Below, piece by piece: positions 25,801-39,563 of a stretch of 64,000 nt of DNA. The stretch covers positions 177,816,001 to 177,880,000 of the forward strand of contig NC_042998.1 of the NCBI RefSeq assembly GCF_006345805.1, given 5' to 3'. The stretch's first letter is position 1, and every line of letters starts with the position of its first letter. The position numbers were made by a program, and so were the translations under genes. This DNA is from Octopus sinensis. Taxonomy: Eukaryota. The notes below the pieces were generated by a model. The model was given only the letters and a program-made list of their open reading frames with translations. It was not told the origin of the DNA and searched no databases.

Positions 25801-27206
25801 ACATTGTCACATCATTAGTCAACCTTGGTGCCATGCAACAGATCTGAACTGGAAGGCACATAGTTGCAAAGTGAGCTTCTTAACCATCCACCCAGGCTTA
25901 TTGAATAAAAAAAATGCGATGCCAGGGAAATAAAATACTTACAGTTAGAAGCTGAAACTATGTTAAGAGCATAACTTTGTGAATAATTACATCACTCACG
26001 AACAATCATTTTATTTTTGTTGTGTGATTAATTTTTTCAGGAATTCCATACTTTTTTAAACTCATTATTTTCAGCTTCTGAAGTATCAAACACTTGAGAG
26101 TCAAATTTTCCTAAGCTGCATTACTCAGCACTACTCATTCCACCCATATTTCTTCCTCTTGTCATTTTTATTATGTCACATTTAATAACCCTACACTAAA
26201 CATTTTTTTCAAACCTATCTGCCTCTGGAACGCTGTTCTGGGTTTTTTTTTTTCTGTATGAACTATCTTGTGGTTAAAACTGGATACCAAACCACATGCC
26301 CTTCACAATTTGATGAGTGGGGTCCCCAACTTCTGGAACAAAATTAATAAGATTTCCACACTGGAATATGAAAAATTATTCAACAGTCAATAATTTGATA
26401 TAATCCATTTAACCATTATGTGTTAACCATGTTTAGAACAGATACAAACCAATGAATATATTGGGGGTTCATTATGTGAAACAAACCTAACTAAACATTA
26501 CATGTCAAAACTAAATCCAAGGTTTTAGAAGAGATTGAAATATAAAAATATTGGCTACAATTGTCTTGTTGCAATTTTCTGAATTTGTGAAACCATTTAT
26601 CCATGCCATTCTAAGAATCTGATAAGGTGAATGAGAAAGCAAAGCATTCATAGTTGTGTAACATTTACATTTTATTTCATTTTAAAACATTAAATTAGTT
26701 TTGGTAGTCTTTCTTTGCTAATGGCTGTTCTTGCATGGATCAAGAAGCTTACACAAAATTAAAAAACACTTTTTGTTCTTTTCTTTCTATTTTGTACCAT
26801 TTTTTCCATGCAAGCATGAATGGGATGCTTTTTGCAATTTTGGATTTCAACGTATAATTTCTTGGAACTATTGTTTTTTATATATGGATACCCTTTTTCT
26901 TAGCAAATCAGTTAAACAGGAATGGAACATGTTATTAGCTCAACTGACTAGATTGTTTCTTCTATCACATCTACAAGAGATTACTTTTCTGAAAAAACAA
27001 GCTGTGAACCACCCTTTCATCAAACCCATCCTCATTGTCCTCTTCTCTTCTCATCATCTCTAAATTGCCTCTACACACAGCCCTACAAATTAAACATTTC
27101 ACCCAAATTTTCTTCCCCAGAGCTGCAACTCTCTAAAGTACTTTCCATGTTCATACTTTTGGAAGAGAAGTTCAACTTGATCCTCAGCTACATTGACCTT
27201 ACTGAC

Positions 27207-27238
27207 CTGGAAAAATTGATAGTGACTCTGGATATTGC
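27207..27238 (-). other. Candidate 32-nt exon
   Basis: Acceptor TTTTGTTTTATTATTTAG| and donor CAG|GTCAGT. Confidence 0.25.
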
Positions 27239-27289
27239 CTAAATAATAAAACAAAATAATGTGCCTTGCAAAAGGCATAACATAGTCAT

Positions 27290-27600
27290 CATTATCATGA
27301 TTTAATGTCCATTGTTCATGCTGGCATAAGTTGGATGGTTTGGCATGGAGATGGCTAGCAGGGAGTTGTCCAAACTCCAACTGTCTGTTCTGACATGGTT
27401 TTTACTGCTGGATGCCAACCACTTAGCAGAGAGTGCTGGGTGCTTTTTACATGCCAAAATTTAACACATGCTTCAGAGAGGAGATGTTTTGAGAAGGAAG
27501 GACAGGAGTAAGTAGTGAGTGTGGAGCCTGGAATAGATACAATATTGGAGATACAAGTTGGAGAAATAACTGAGTTTGGAATACTTGTACTGGAGTGGCA
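27290..27600 (-). mobile_element. Old RTE-tail or SINE copy
   Basis: TTTAATGTCC..TTCATGCTGGCAT...GCTGGATGCC. Confidence 0.7.
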
Positions 27601-29448
27601 TGACATAAGTCAGTTCTGAGAAGCAGTGACTGCTATAACAGAAGCAGTAAAAGAGAAATCAGCACCTCTGTGGGTAGAGATTTGAGTATGCTTCTGAACA
27701 ACTTGAAGTCAATTAGTTATGTTTATTTGTTTTGCCATTCCAGTGCCTTGATTAACATACCACTAAAACATTAAAACTATTTAAGGGAACCGAATATAAA
27801 AGGAGAATGTAAGCAATACAATTAAAACTCAATATTCTATTCTTTTTCATAATAAAGCAAGAATATAGAAAGATAATATCATTCCCTTTGACCTCCTCAT
27901 AAAAGTACTGTTCCCTGTTAGAATGATAAAACATTGTTTTTCTTTTTTACTTTTGATTTTTTTTTACATATACTACCCAGGCTGGGATTGAACTAACCAG
28001 CATTTATACTCTGTGCTTTGGAATTCCCTATTGTATAGGTTTTGCTACAGAGAAAATAACATGAGGTAGTTAGCACATATTATTAGATTTATTTAACAGC
28101 CCTTGAGTCTTTAAAGATAACTAGTGATCAACATTACTGAAGTCAGATTAAAATTATCTTTCCAGTAGAGGATTTCTGTATTAACATTGATTTTGTATTT
28201 GCTTATTTTCTTTTAATTTATCCTTTCCTTTGTTTCCCCTATGACTTCCTGTTCAATAAACACTTTAATCACATATGCATTACATAGGGATCCAGTAGAG
28301 ATGCCACGGCCAGAAATGATGTTAGAGATGTTAGTATACAGCATAATAAAACAATTCTTCCGATACCATAACCATTCCTTGAAATGATATACCCTAAAAT
28401 AGCTATTTTATTTATAGTGTATAAACATTATAAAAGCTTAATCTAGAATATTAGAAATCTGAACTCAAAATGGCTACATTGTATTTCTGTTCATAAACAA
28501 CACTCATTTTGTCTCAAGACACAAAACCTTGGAGAAATGGTCTGCTGACAGTTTGTGGGTTTCCATTAGATCATAATTACTGAATAATAACCTTGGACGA
28601 GGAACTTTGAACTGAAAACTCCTTCCTAAAATTACATAATGAAGACTAAATTCTAGTAACATTTCATTTTAAATCCTTGAAAATTCCTAAACAGAAATTC
28701 TTCAGTGATTCAAAGGGATTTATGAAAAACATTTTTAATGCTGTATTAAGCACCATATCAAATAAAACTTATTATTTTGCATATGAATTATTCCCATTGG
28801 ACAGGCAATGTTGCTTATATGATTTTATTTTTATCAAGGTTATAAATGTTGGTAGATTATTTAAGCAATTAGAGCATAAAAATAGAACTGTAAACGTCAA
28901 TTATTGCACAATAAACTAATTTCATTTCACAAAACTATTTCTATAAAAATATTAACATTGGGTCTGTGTGTATGGCCACCTGCTTTATCTCCATCATCAT
29001 CAATGCCACCACCACTGCCACCACCATTTCTCTTCTTGTCTTTATAAATTGCGTTCATCTTTAATCTGATCTTATAGAATAAGGAAAATCATAATCTAAG
29101 CAAGACAGACAGAGACAAAGGCATGAAAAGATAAAAGAAAAGAGAAAAATTCTAAAGAAAACACTTTATAATCTTCATGGATTTATTTGTTAGGTGACAA
29201 CAGATGTTGCTGTTGTTGTTGTTATTCAGTATCAGAGCAACACTGAATGAGCAGACTTATGTTGAACCACATTCCATGCATGACCATCCTTTCTTCTTGT
29301 TTAACTAGCACAGTTAATACATAATCTAATATTTCCTTCCTTTTTTTGAGACTATACGATGTGAGCTGAGTGAATTCAACAGCTATTTTTTATGGATCAA
29401 GTGATCTGCTAGAAAGAGCAACTAAATTCCCTTATCGCAACTCTTTCA

Positions 29449-29797
29449 GGCTGATGCCAGCGCCACCTCGACTGACTTCTGTGCCAGTGGCACATAAAAA
29501 GCACCATCCGAACGTGGCCGATGCCAGCGCCGCCTTGACTGGCTTCCGTGCCGGTGGCACGTTAAAAGCACCAACCGATCGTGGCCGATGCCAGACTCCC
29601 CTGGCACATGTGCCAGTGGCACGTAAAAAGCACCCACTACACTCGCGGAGTGGTTGGCATTAGGAAGGGCATCCAGCTGTAGAAACACTGCCAGATCAGA
29701 CTGGAGCCTGGTGCAGCCCCTGGCTTCCCAGACCCCGGCCGAACCGGCCAACCGTGCTAGCGCGGAAAACAGACGTTAAACGATGATGATGATGATG
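29449..29797 (+). mobile_element. RTE 3' tail with 3 VNTR units
   Basis: Consensus tail, CpG-rich, (GAT)n end. Confidence 0.9.
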
Positions 29798-30184
29798 AAA
29801 GAGAGTTATGATGTTGGTGATGTCTATCATGCTAGTGTTAGTTATTACTTGTTAGATGTTGTGATTGCATGAATAGAATGTAAAATTCAAACCATTCCTA
29901 TGGGTTATAGTGATGTTCATGGTGGGGATTGTGGCACTGGTGATGTTCATTATGTCAGTTACTATTTGTTGGCTGTTGTGAATCTAAATATTGAAACCAT
30001 TCTCGTCTAACTTATCACAATTATCTCTTGGCTAAAGGCTTTATTTTACCATATAAGATTTGCTCTGGAAGGATTTAAGCATAGAGGCCAAAGAAAATCT
30101 TGACATTTATACTATGTATTTGCTGTCTCTTGTAAAATAGCGCCTGTTCTATACAGAAGTATTGTTTTGCAAGTATTATTAATC

Positions 30185-30385
30185 TTTGTGCTGGTGGCAT
30201 GAAAAGAGCACCCAGTACATACTGTAATGTAGTTGTCATAAGGAAGGTTGTCTAACTGTAGAAACCATGCCAGCACAAACATCGAAGCACAATGAAGCCT
30301 CTGGACTCATTAGATCCTGTCAAAAATATCCAACCTGTGCTAGCATGAAACATGGGCATTAAGTAATTATAATTATGATGATGAT
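30185..30385 (+). mobile_element. Old RTE-tail copy
   Basis: GCACCCAGTAC...AGGAAGG...GCTAGCATGAAA. Confidence 0.65.
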
Positions 30386-30489
30386 GGTGGCAATTATGAA
30401 GACAATGATAAAGACAATAACAACAACAATAACGATGATGATGACAAAAGCAACAACAACAATGTAACATTGTTAAGACTGAATAGTTA

Positions 30490-30712
30490 TATTGGTTTCA
30501 AATTTTGGCACAAGGCCAGAAATTTTGGAGAAGGGGGTAAATTGAATACATCAATCCCAGTATTCAACTGGTATTTGTTTTAACCCTCGAAGGATGAAAG
30601 GCAAAGTCAACCTCAGCAGTATTTGAACTCAGAACATAAAGATGGACAAAATGCCACTAAGCATCTTGTCTGGCATGCTAACAATTCTCTGTTAGCTCAC
30701 CACCTTTCCAAA
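30490..30712 (-). mobile_element. Family B SINE
   Basis: GAAGGATGAAAGGCAAAGTCAACCTC...TTTGAACTCAGAAC. Confidence 0.8.
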
Positions 30713-31694
30713 TAGTTATATTACTGTTGCTTTGAATTGACTAAGATAGTTTTTCAGAAGCTGGTTGGACTATGGTATGTTGAAAACTATTTAAAGTTTT
30801 GAGCTTTAAGTCCCATGTGCTTTTACTTTGTTTGGGACTCCACTGATAATTATCAGACTATAATTTTATGGTTTGTTAAACTGGACTTAGCTGAGCAGAA
30901 TGGAGGGCAGCAATGCATATAATGTTTTGTATGTTTCTATGTATTGAATGAGTTTATGCAGTCATTATCCATATCATGTTTACTACATTTATTTGTATTA
31001 TGTGAATTATTCAAGGCATATCATATCCTGCTTAACATATTTGATTGCACAGAATGAGGTAATCAGGCTCATACCATGTCAAGTCATACCTCTAGCATTA
31101 TTAGAGAAGTCAAAATTTTTCACCAACCTTTCCCACACTTCTGAGTCATGGGTTCTCTTTATACTAGTCAGGGTTTGGATTTTTTAAAAATCTAGGCTCT
31201 AACTAATCTAGTAGAATTGAATGTTAATGTAACTTCATTGTAGTATTTCATTAGCTTTAGTAACCCTGATGGCATCCATCACCGCCTAAAAATATAGGTG
31301 CTACTAGATCTCAGTGAGCTCATCTACCTTTGACAGGTTTTGTTTTTCAATCCTACTGGATACCCAATACTCATACAAATGCCAAGTTTTGCAGGAGATC
31401 AGTGTAGTCACTGACAGCATAGCTCATGAGCAAGTAATACTGAAAAACATGATTGCCAGATACTGACCTGACAGTAGTGTTCAAAGTATGTTGATATGTT
31501 GAGTAAAAAGAGGTGGAGGAAGTGCAGAAAACTGTTGTCTTTGTTGGCATAAAAGGTTTCTTTTCATGTAGTGTGTAGATGGTGAAACATTTAAGAAGTG
31601 CATTGTTTCATGGTGTTGAGATATAAGGATTGTGTATAGAAGATGTAACAAGATGAGAGTTTCAGGAACACTTGAGAGGTGTCTGGTCTTATCC

Positions 31695-32103
31695 TGTTAC
31701 ATACAATAGTCGAAGAAAAGGAACCAAAAATCTGGCTGTCTTCGATAACAATAAATAACACTTTATTCTTTGGGTTCACAGGTTAAATATATACATATAT
31801 ATTTTTTAAGGGCAAACCGGCAGCCAAGTCCACAGGGCTATACACAAATGTTCACTCAGGTAAGCCAAGAAGACATGGTCTCCATTCTCGCTTCGAAGAG
31901 AGCTTCTCTATGCGTAGGGTTTTCCCTGAGAGAAGTTTTAGTCACGTTCGCCCGTTAGGGCTGCTCTTCCAAAAGGGCAGATTTAGCAGAGACGCTTTCA
32001 GGTGGCAGTTCCTGCGCATGTGCATGAGGGAACTTCTGGCACCTACCGGAAGTAATCCAGCTCTGCGCATGTGCACTGAAACTTCTACGATAGCGTCACT
32101 ACA
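31695..32103 (-). mobile_element. Gypsy-type 3' LTR, 409 bp
   Basis: Minus strand begins TGTAGTG immediately after a polypurine tract GAGGGGGAGCCA (32104-32115) and ends TGTAACA; AATAAA at 31762-31767; pol tail lies upstream. Confidence 0.8.
32013..32075. promoter_or_regulatory. Two NRF1-type sites and one ETS site in the LTR U3
   Basis: TGCGCATGTGCA at 32013 and 32064; ACCGGAAGT at 32045. Confidence 0.7.
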
Positions 32104-32312
32104 TGGCTCCCCCTCGAGTGCAGAGGCATGAAACAAGAAGATTGTAGTGGCTGTAGGAAACAAGATGGCTACCAATCCTCCTGAAGATGTGGCACACAAT
32201 ATGTCAACAGAAAATTGAAATGCAAAAGAATATATAACATGCACAAAGTTCTTTTTGTCTCTTCACAAAATGTCCAAGAGTAAAACATGAAATTGACCAG
32301 AAGAAAGGAATG

Positions 32313-32650
32313 TTAAATGTAAATTGGTTTTGAAAGTCTCTTGGGCCAATGAACAGTTCTGCCTGATCTAGTAATATACGGTGTGCTCAGGGCACCCATC
32401 GATGGTGTGGCGTTGTAGGAGCCGGCAGAGGCAGAGGTGTCTGTGTGGGTGAATGTGTTGTCAAAGGTGCATAGGTGGGTGTGGAAACGGTGTCATCAAG
32501 AGATGAAGACAAGGAAAATTTAGAGTGAAATGATCTGGCTACAAAGCAGAGTTCAAATTGACTTCAAAGGCATCATTCAATGCATTTTGCAGAGGTAGAT
32601 GCACTGGTTTTAATCCCTGATAAGAATAGACAAAACTTATTTGGTTAAAA
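32313..32650 (-). mobile_element. Gypsy pol (integrase C-terminal) remnant
   Basis: GLKPVHL (resembles RLKPAHL) and PYITRSGRTVHWPKRL. Confidence 0.75.
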
Positions 32651-34229
32651 AAGAATTACATGTTGACTGATGAAGTTACTTGTGAGGGAGAAAAACATAA
32701 GAAGAGACAGGAAGGAGAATTGAAGGATCAATAGAAGGGGTGACTCTACAAATGAATTCAGCTCATCCAATCATGGAAACATGTGTTAAAGTGGTAACAA
32801 CTACTGTTACAAATAATTTGCAGACTTTTTTTAATTTTAGATACAAAACAAAGTTTACATTCTTCTATTTTTTTATAGATACCTATCAAACCCAGCTAAT
32901 CTTTCTTTGTATTAAACTAACCAGAATAATGTAACAATTTTTTGTTAAGGAAGCTGATTAAAATAGCATTGTAGCATCTTTTCTGTCCATTATTGATATC
33001 TTATGTTCTTTCTATATGACTTGGCATGCTATTAATGTGAACATGACTCTTCATGTGTAATACACCATCACAATACACTCAAATAACAAAAGTAGACAAC
33101 ATTTAAGCAGTGAACATTTCCATTTAAATTGACAGCCATTCTTTCACTGAACACAGTTTGGTGTTATTTCATTTCCTTTATTTCTTAGACTGAATATTAT
33201 TGAAAATAGTGAGAGACAAAGAGAGAGAAAAAGAAAAGTAAAGACTGTCTAGTTCTTGCTAGAGGGCAACCTTGCACTGCAAATGATACAGTGGTTGGCT
33301 TCAACAGAATCCAGTGAACAAAGAAACACTACTGTTCCACTTGAGCAGTTTTATTTGCTATTGGTATTGTTTCAGGGAGTATAACTTCCCAACTAATTAT
33401 AGACAGCAAGACAGCCATGTGATAATTCCTTACTATTGCAAATACAATTGATTACCTTTCTATACAATATCTTAAGTGATTTATCTTTATAATACTACAG
33501 TTGTTCAGTAAATGAAAATAGCACTAAAAATATCTCATATAAAACTATTTCTCAAGACAACTTCCAGCCCATAGCCTAGTTACACAGAGAGTCATTAGAT
33601 GCTTTTTACACCCTGTGATAAAAAAAAAAAATCTGTATTATTATTGCTTTCATGGCCTCTATAGCGGAATAGGCTGACCAAAACATTTAAGAATAAAATT
33701 AGACACTTTGCCAGCATTTAAAGGTCAGTACTCCTCTTCTAATTAACAGCCTGTCTGTGTCAACTTGCCTTTCAAGACAGTGTCTCTCTAAACTACAATC
33801 ATAGTAGGATTTGAGTCCATCACAGCAACTACAGTGTCATGTAGTAATAAGAAAACAGTAACCAAACCAGTTTTAAGAATCTGCTCAAATAGACCATGAC
33901 CACATGGAAGGACGAAGAAACAAAGTATAAATCAATAAAGAAAAGAAGTACAACAGATCAACATTGCCCCTGTGGACATTTTTCATGAGACCAGGTGAAG
34001 GAAGGTGCAAGAAACAGGATTCCATTCTAGAGATAATGTGAAGGATTTCATGACTGCACATCAAAACAATCATCAATTATTCAATGTTGTTTCCAAAATT
34101 ACTCTAAAATTCATACTTTATAACTTTCTACTCTACATAGTTCTAGAGATTTCTCTGTATAGCAGAAGTATTTAGTAGACCACTACTCTAACCCCTCCAC
34201 CACAGTTTTACCATTACAATTATTGTGTT

Positions 34230-34750
34230 AATGCAAAAGGAAGGACTACCCACTCATCCACTCACTCTACCCAATTCTTGGTCCCACTTCACTTATATAC
34301 ACCACCCTGTAACTTGGGTGTCTCTCCACTCCTGTCACATCTACACTATCTTCTCTTCCTTCTCACTCTTCTCTTTCTCCTCTCCTTTCTCCCTTTCTCT
34401 CCTCTTTTTCCTCTCTCTCTCCTACTGCAGTATCCATGTATCTCTTTTACTGCAAAACACCTGTGTCTGTCCTACTACTCATGCTCTCACCTGGCACAGA
34501 GCCATCTTCTTCAATACTACTCCCCACCATCAGCCGAGGAGTCTTATCTTGTAAACAATTCAGTGACCTCATTGCTACTGGTGCCACATAAGAAGCACCC
34601 AGTACACTCTGTAACGTGGTCAGTATTAGGAAGGGCATCCAGTTATAGAAACCATGCCAATGCTGACAGTCTTCTGACTTGCCAGCTACAGTCAAATTGT
34701 CCAATGCATTCCAGCATAGATAATGGATATTAAATATGATAATGATGATG
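34230..34750 (+). mobile_element. Old RTE 3' UTR (CT-rich) plus tail
   Basis: CT block followed by AAGCACCCAGTACACTC...AGGAAGGGCATCCAG. Confidence 0.7.
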
Positions 34751-35371
34751 TTGTCATTTGGTTTTTGCATAAGCAACATTTTTGCAAAAATCTCACAACA
34801 ATTTGCTGTGGAATCTGTGTTTAGAGAGAAATTGTTAAAGAGTTAGTTTACTTTCTAATAATTCTGGAACAGTAGGTAGTATCTTTAACAAGTTAAACTT
34901 ATTTTGTTGACTGCCTGCTAATGAGATGTTTCGAGAAACTGGATCCAAGACAAATGATTCTGCAATCTTTTGTTGAAGAAACCACACAAGATAATTTATT
35001 TATAGAGATCAAATGTCTGTGTTACACTTGAGCTCATTCTCTCCATCAAATAAACATTGCCTGTATAGGTGTATGGCATGCCAAATGTCAAATGTTGAAA
35101 TGATCACAGAGCAATGTAAAATGAAGTGTTTTGCTCAAGAATACAATACACCACCTGGTCTGTGAGTGCAGTGCTCTAATAACTAGGCCACTCACCCTCA
35201 CTAATAAGAATTATTATAATAAAATCTATAATCATATTGACCAGTAGTTTGTCTTTGTCTCTTTCTTTTACCAAAAGTTGATGTTCAACTATGTCATCCA
35301 AGAAATATTTTTCATCACATTAAACTTGTGAACTTCTCAGCAGTTATTTATTTTCAAATGTTTCTTTTATT

Positions 35372-35785
35372 TTTAAAAAATTTTACTTCTTTCAATCATT
35401 TAACTGTGGCCATGCTGGAGCACTGCCTTTAGTTGAACAAATCAACCCCAGATCTTATTCTAAGCCTAGTACTTATTCTCTCAGTCGAACCACAAATTTA
35501 CGGAAATATAAACACACAAGCATCGGTTGTTAAGTGATGGTGGGGGCACAAACACAGACACACAAATACATATATGCATATACATATATATATATATATA
35601 TCCCTCTCTTTCTTGGAGAGGCACTACGACAGGCTTCTTTCAGTTTCCATCTACAAAATCTACTCAGAAGGCTTTGGTCTGCTTGAGGCTACAGTAGAAG
35701 ACGCTTGCTCAAGGTACTATGCAGTGGGACTGAACCCGGAATCATGTGGTTGGGAAGCAAGCTTCTTACCACACAGCTATGCCTG
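35372..35785 (-). mobile_element. Family A SINE, full length
   Basis: 3' half, microsatellite and head all present. Confidence 0.85.
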
Positions 35786-36279
35786 AAAACTAAAGCATTT
35801 AAAAATATATTCCCATTGACAAGGCCACAGGTTTAGCATGGTGAAAATAGTTTTGGGGAAAATATATATGAACAACTATTTATGTAAAAAGAAAGCAATA
35901 GAGAAGAACAGCAACAAGTGATTGTACATATAGGCTTTAATAGGGTGTCTTTTCCAAAATATAACAACATTTGGTCTCAACACCCAAAGCATCAAATCAA
36001 AATTCTTGCAAAATTTCCAAATTATGGTAGTACTTAAAGGAAAACATTATTTTGGAGGCTATTATTTCTTCTTATAATCAAAAATTGCAGCAGGTGCACT
36101 GTTACTATTATGATCATAGAATTAAACATTCTCTAAGTTTTATATTCTAATCCATATTAATCTACAAAACAAAATATTAAGAAACCTATATACATAAATT
36201 TTAATATAAATATGAATAATGTGATCAAAATTCTGCTTAAATGATAAAAATGATAATTAAAAAATTGTATAGATTTTAA

Positions 36280-36517
36280 CTAATTGTATATATGTGCATG
36301 TACATGTTTGTATGTGTGTGTGTGTGTGTCTGTGTATATGCATCTATGTGTGTGTCTGTGTAAATGTGATACATACACACACACATGCACACACACACAT
36401 GCACACACACATATACATATACATATATTCATTGATACACATACATGCACATACACACACATACATACACAAACAGATACATATATCTATATCTATCTAT
36501 CTATATATATGTATATA

Positions 36518-36614
<97 letters not shown>

Positions 36615-36620
36615 GCACAC
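36280..36620. repeat. Compound TG/CA/TA microsatellite with about 100 bp of (TA)n
   Basis: Direct reading. Confidence 0.95.
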
Positions 36621-37111
36621 ATGGTTGAAATAAAAATTTTCTGAGTAAAGGTAAACATTTCACGTGTAAAGGATTTGGAATTAAGGAAAAAAGCCAAAAA
36701 TATTATAAATACTTTCTTGTTCAGTGTAGTGTTATATTTAAATATCTCCAACTTAAACACATTTAACATACTAACAATATGTTAAATTGATTTAATTACT
36801 TGATTTCATACATGCATATAGATATGTGTATGCATGTGCGAGTATGTATGAATGTATTTGTGTTTGTGAGCACATGCAGTATAGCAGAATGGTTACAAAG
36901 TCTGTCTCTCAGTCATGAGATCTTGGGTTCAATACTGCATGGCATCTTAAATATTATTTTCTAAAGCCTTTTGGTTGACCTTTAGCTTAGTGTTTAGGGC
37001 ATTGTGATCACAATCATCAGGTTCTGAGTTTAATTTTCTGACTGGATTGTGTGTTCTGGGCAGTTTATTTCACATTGCATCAGATCACTCAGCTAGTGAA
37101 ATGTTCTTTTT

Positions 37112-37505
37112 TTTTATTTATTTCATTCATTTGACTGCAGCCATGCTGAAGTTCCACCTTTAATCAAACAAATCAACCCCAGGACTTATTCTTTGTAAGC
37201 CTAGTACTTATTCTAATGGTCTCTTTGCTGAACCACTAAGTTATGGGGACATAAACACACCAACATTGGTTGTCAAGCAAAGGATGGGGTGCAAACCCAG
37301 ACACATAAACATATACACACACATATACACATATATATATATATGATGGGCTTCTTTCAGTTTCTGTCTACCAAATCCACTCACAAGGCTTTGGTCGGCC
37401 CAAGGCTATAGTAGAAGACACTTGTCCAAGGTGCCACGCAGTGCGACTGAACCCGAAACTGTGTAGTTGGTAAGCAAGCTACTTACCACACAGTCACTCC
37501 TGTGC
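37112..37505 (-). mobile_element. Family A SINE, full length
   Basis: Consensus-like body and head. Confidence 0.88.
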
Positions 37506-37665
37506 CTATATATTTATATATGATAATCTGGAACTCGACTGAGGATAGAAAACTCCAAATGATCCGTCCTTGTTTTCCGTGTATTGTCTGTCTGGATATT
37601 TTGTTTTCCTTTTTTTTTGTTTCACCTGTCTGGATGTTTTGCATTCTTGTTCCATTTTTGTATAC

Positions 37666-37715
<50 letters not shown>

Positions 37716-37811
37716 ATGTGTGTATATGTGTATGTATGTATGTATGTATGTATGTATGTATGTATGTATGTGTGTGTGTATGTATATCTGTGTGTGCATA
37801 TATATATATAT

Positions 37812-39563
37812 GGCTGTTAGTAAGGTTAGGATTGGCAATGAATACAGTGAGGAATTCCAGGTAGAAGTTGGTGTCCACCAAGGCTCAGCCCTCAGTTCCC
37901 TTCTATTCATCATTGTCCTCCAGGAAATGACAGAAGATTTCAAGACGGGTTGCCCCTGGGAGCTCCTCTATGCTGATGACCTAGCCCTCGTAGCAGAATC
38001 ACTACCGGAACTAGAGAAGAAATTTCGTGGGTGGAAGCTAGGTTTAGAATCAAAAGGCCTTGGGTCAATGTAGCAAAGACCAAAGTTCTAGTAAGTAGGA
38101 AGGCAAACGCACCATACACACAACTTCAGGTAGGTTGCCCTGCTCAATCGGTAGAAAAGGTGTAGGTAGAAACTCCATAAGATGTACCCACTGTAAGCTA
38201 TGGACGCATAAGAGGTGCGGCAACATCAAGGGAAAATTAACCAAGAAGATAGCTTTCGTGTGCACAGGGGCAATAGTTACTATTGATACTCAGAAAACAG
38301 ATTCCATTACACTCCTGGGGGAGAAACTAGAAGTAGTTGATAGCTTCCGCTACCTAGGTGACCAAGTTAGTAGTGGAGGTGGATGCTCAGAGAGTGTTAT
38401 CACTATAATAAGAATAGCCTGGGCAAAATTTCGAAAGCTTCTTCCCCTACTGGCAACAAAAGGTCTCTCACTCAGAGGGAAAGGTAGATTGTATGACGCA
38501 TGTGTGCAAACTGCCATGCTTCACAGCAGTGAAACATGGGCTGTGACTGCGGAGGACATGTGTAGGCTTGAAAGAAATTAAGCTAGCATGATCCGCTGGA
38601 TGTGTAATGTCAGTGTCCAAGCACCCTGAGAGAAATGTTGGACATAAGAAGCATTGGATGCAGCATGCAGGAGAGACGTTTGCATCGGTATGGTCATGTA
38701 CTTATGGATGGATGAGGAGAGATGTGTGAAGAAGTGCCACTCCCAAACTATTGAAGGAATCTGGGGTAGAGGTAGATCCAGGAAGACATGGGACAAGGTG
38801 GTCAAGCATGACCTTCGTACGTTGGGCCTCACAGAGGCTATGACGAAAGACCGAGACCTCTGGAGATATGCTGTGACTTCGAAGACCCGACAAATGAAAT
38901 GAGTTCATGGCTTGCAGGACGGCTGCTGTACTTGAGGAGACCTATTGTGTCAAGTACATCAACATCAACATAAAAATTGAATGGATATTGTAGTTGTGAT
39001 ACCTGTGCCGGTGGCATGTAGGGCCTCACAGAGGAAATGACGAAGACGGAGACCTCTGAGATATGCTGTGACTGTGAAGACCTGACAAATGAAGTGAGTT
39101 CATGTCTCACAGGATGGCCTGCTGTGCTAACCTTGGATTGTAGAGTGACCCGCTGTTCTTGAGGAGACCTATTGATTCAAGTATGTGAACACCAACATCA
39201 AAATAAAAATCAAATGGAAATTGTAGTTAAGATACCCGTGCTGGTGACACATAAAAAGCACCGTCCGGACGTGGCTGATGCCAGCGCCACCTGACTGGTG
39301 TCCGTGTCGGTGACATGTAAAAGTACCAATCGATTGTGGCTGTTTGCCAGCCTCCTCTGGGTTCTGTGCCGGTGGCACGTAAAAAGCACCCACTACACTC
39401 ACGGAGTGGTTGGCGTTAGGAAGGGCATACAGCTGTAGAAACACTGCCAGATCAGACTGGAGCCAGGTACAGCCTCCTGGCTTCCCAGAACCCGGTCGAA
39501 CCGTCCAACCCATGCTAGCATGGAAAACGGACGTTAAACGATGATGATGATGATGATGATGAT
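37812..39563 (+). mobile_element. 5'-truncated RTE LINE (RT domain 3' half to tail), frameshifted
   Basis: GVHQGSALS...WELLYADDL; VVDSFRYLGDQ; MLHSSETW; GRGRSRKTW; (GAT)n tail; (TA)n on both flanks. Confidence 0.95.

Noticed and set aside
31811-31859. Plus-strand 49-nt exon (TTTTAAG| ... CAG|GTAAGC)
   Set aside because: Lies inside the LTR, antisense; no recognisable product
31860-32000. Structured ncRNA (telomerase RNA, U3, RNase MRP), suggested by hairpins and CCCTAAC
   Set aside because: Template-like match is only 7 nt; no pseudoknot or box motifs; the region is explained as an LTR
31900-32220. Host-gene CpG promoter with plus-strand ATG at CAAGATGGCT
   Set aside because: The ORF stops after 17 codons; the PPT, TG..CA ends and pol tail identify Gypsy sequence
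34840-35000. Minus-strand open frame of about 54 codons
   Set aside because: No start codon or clear donor, and no recognisable motif
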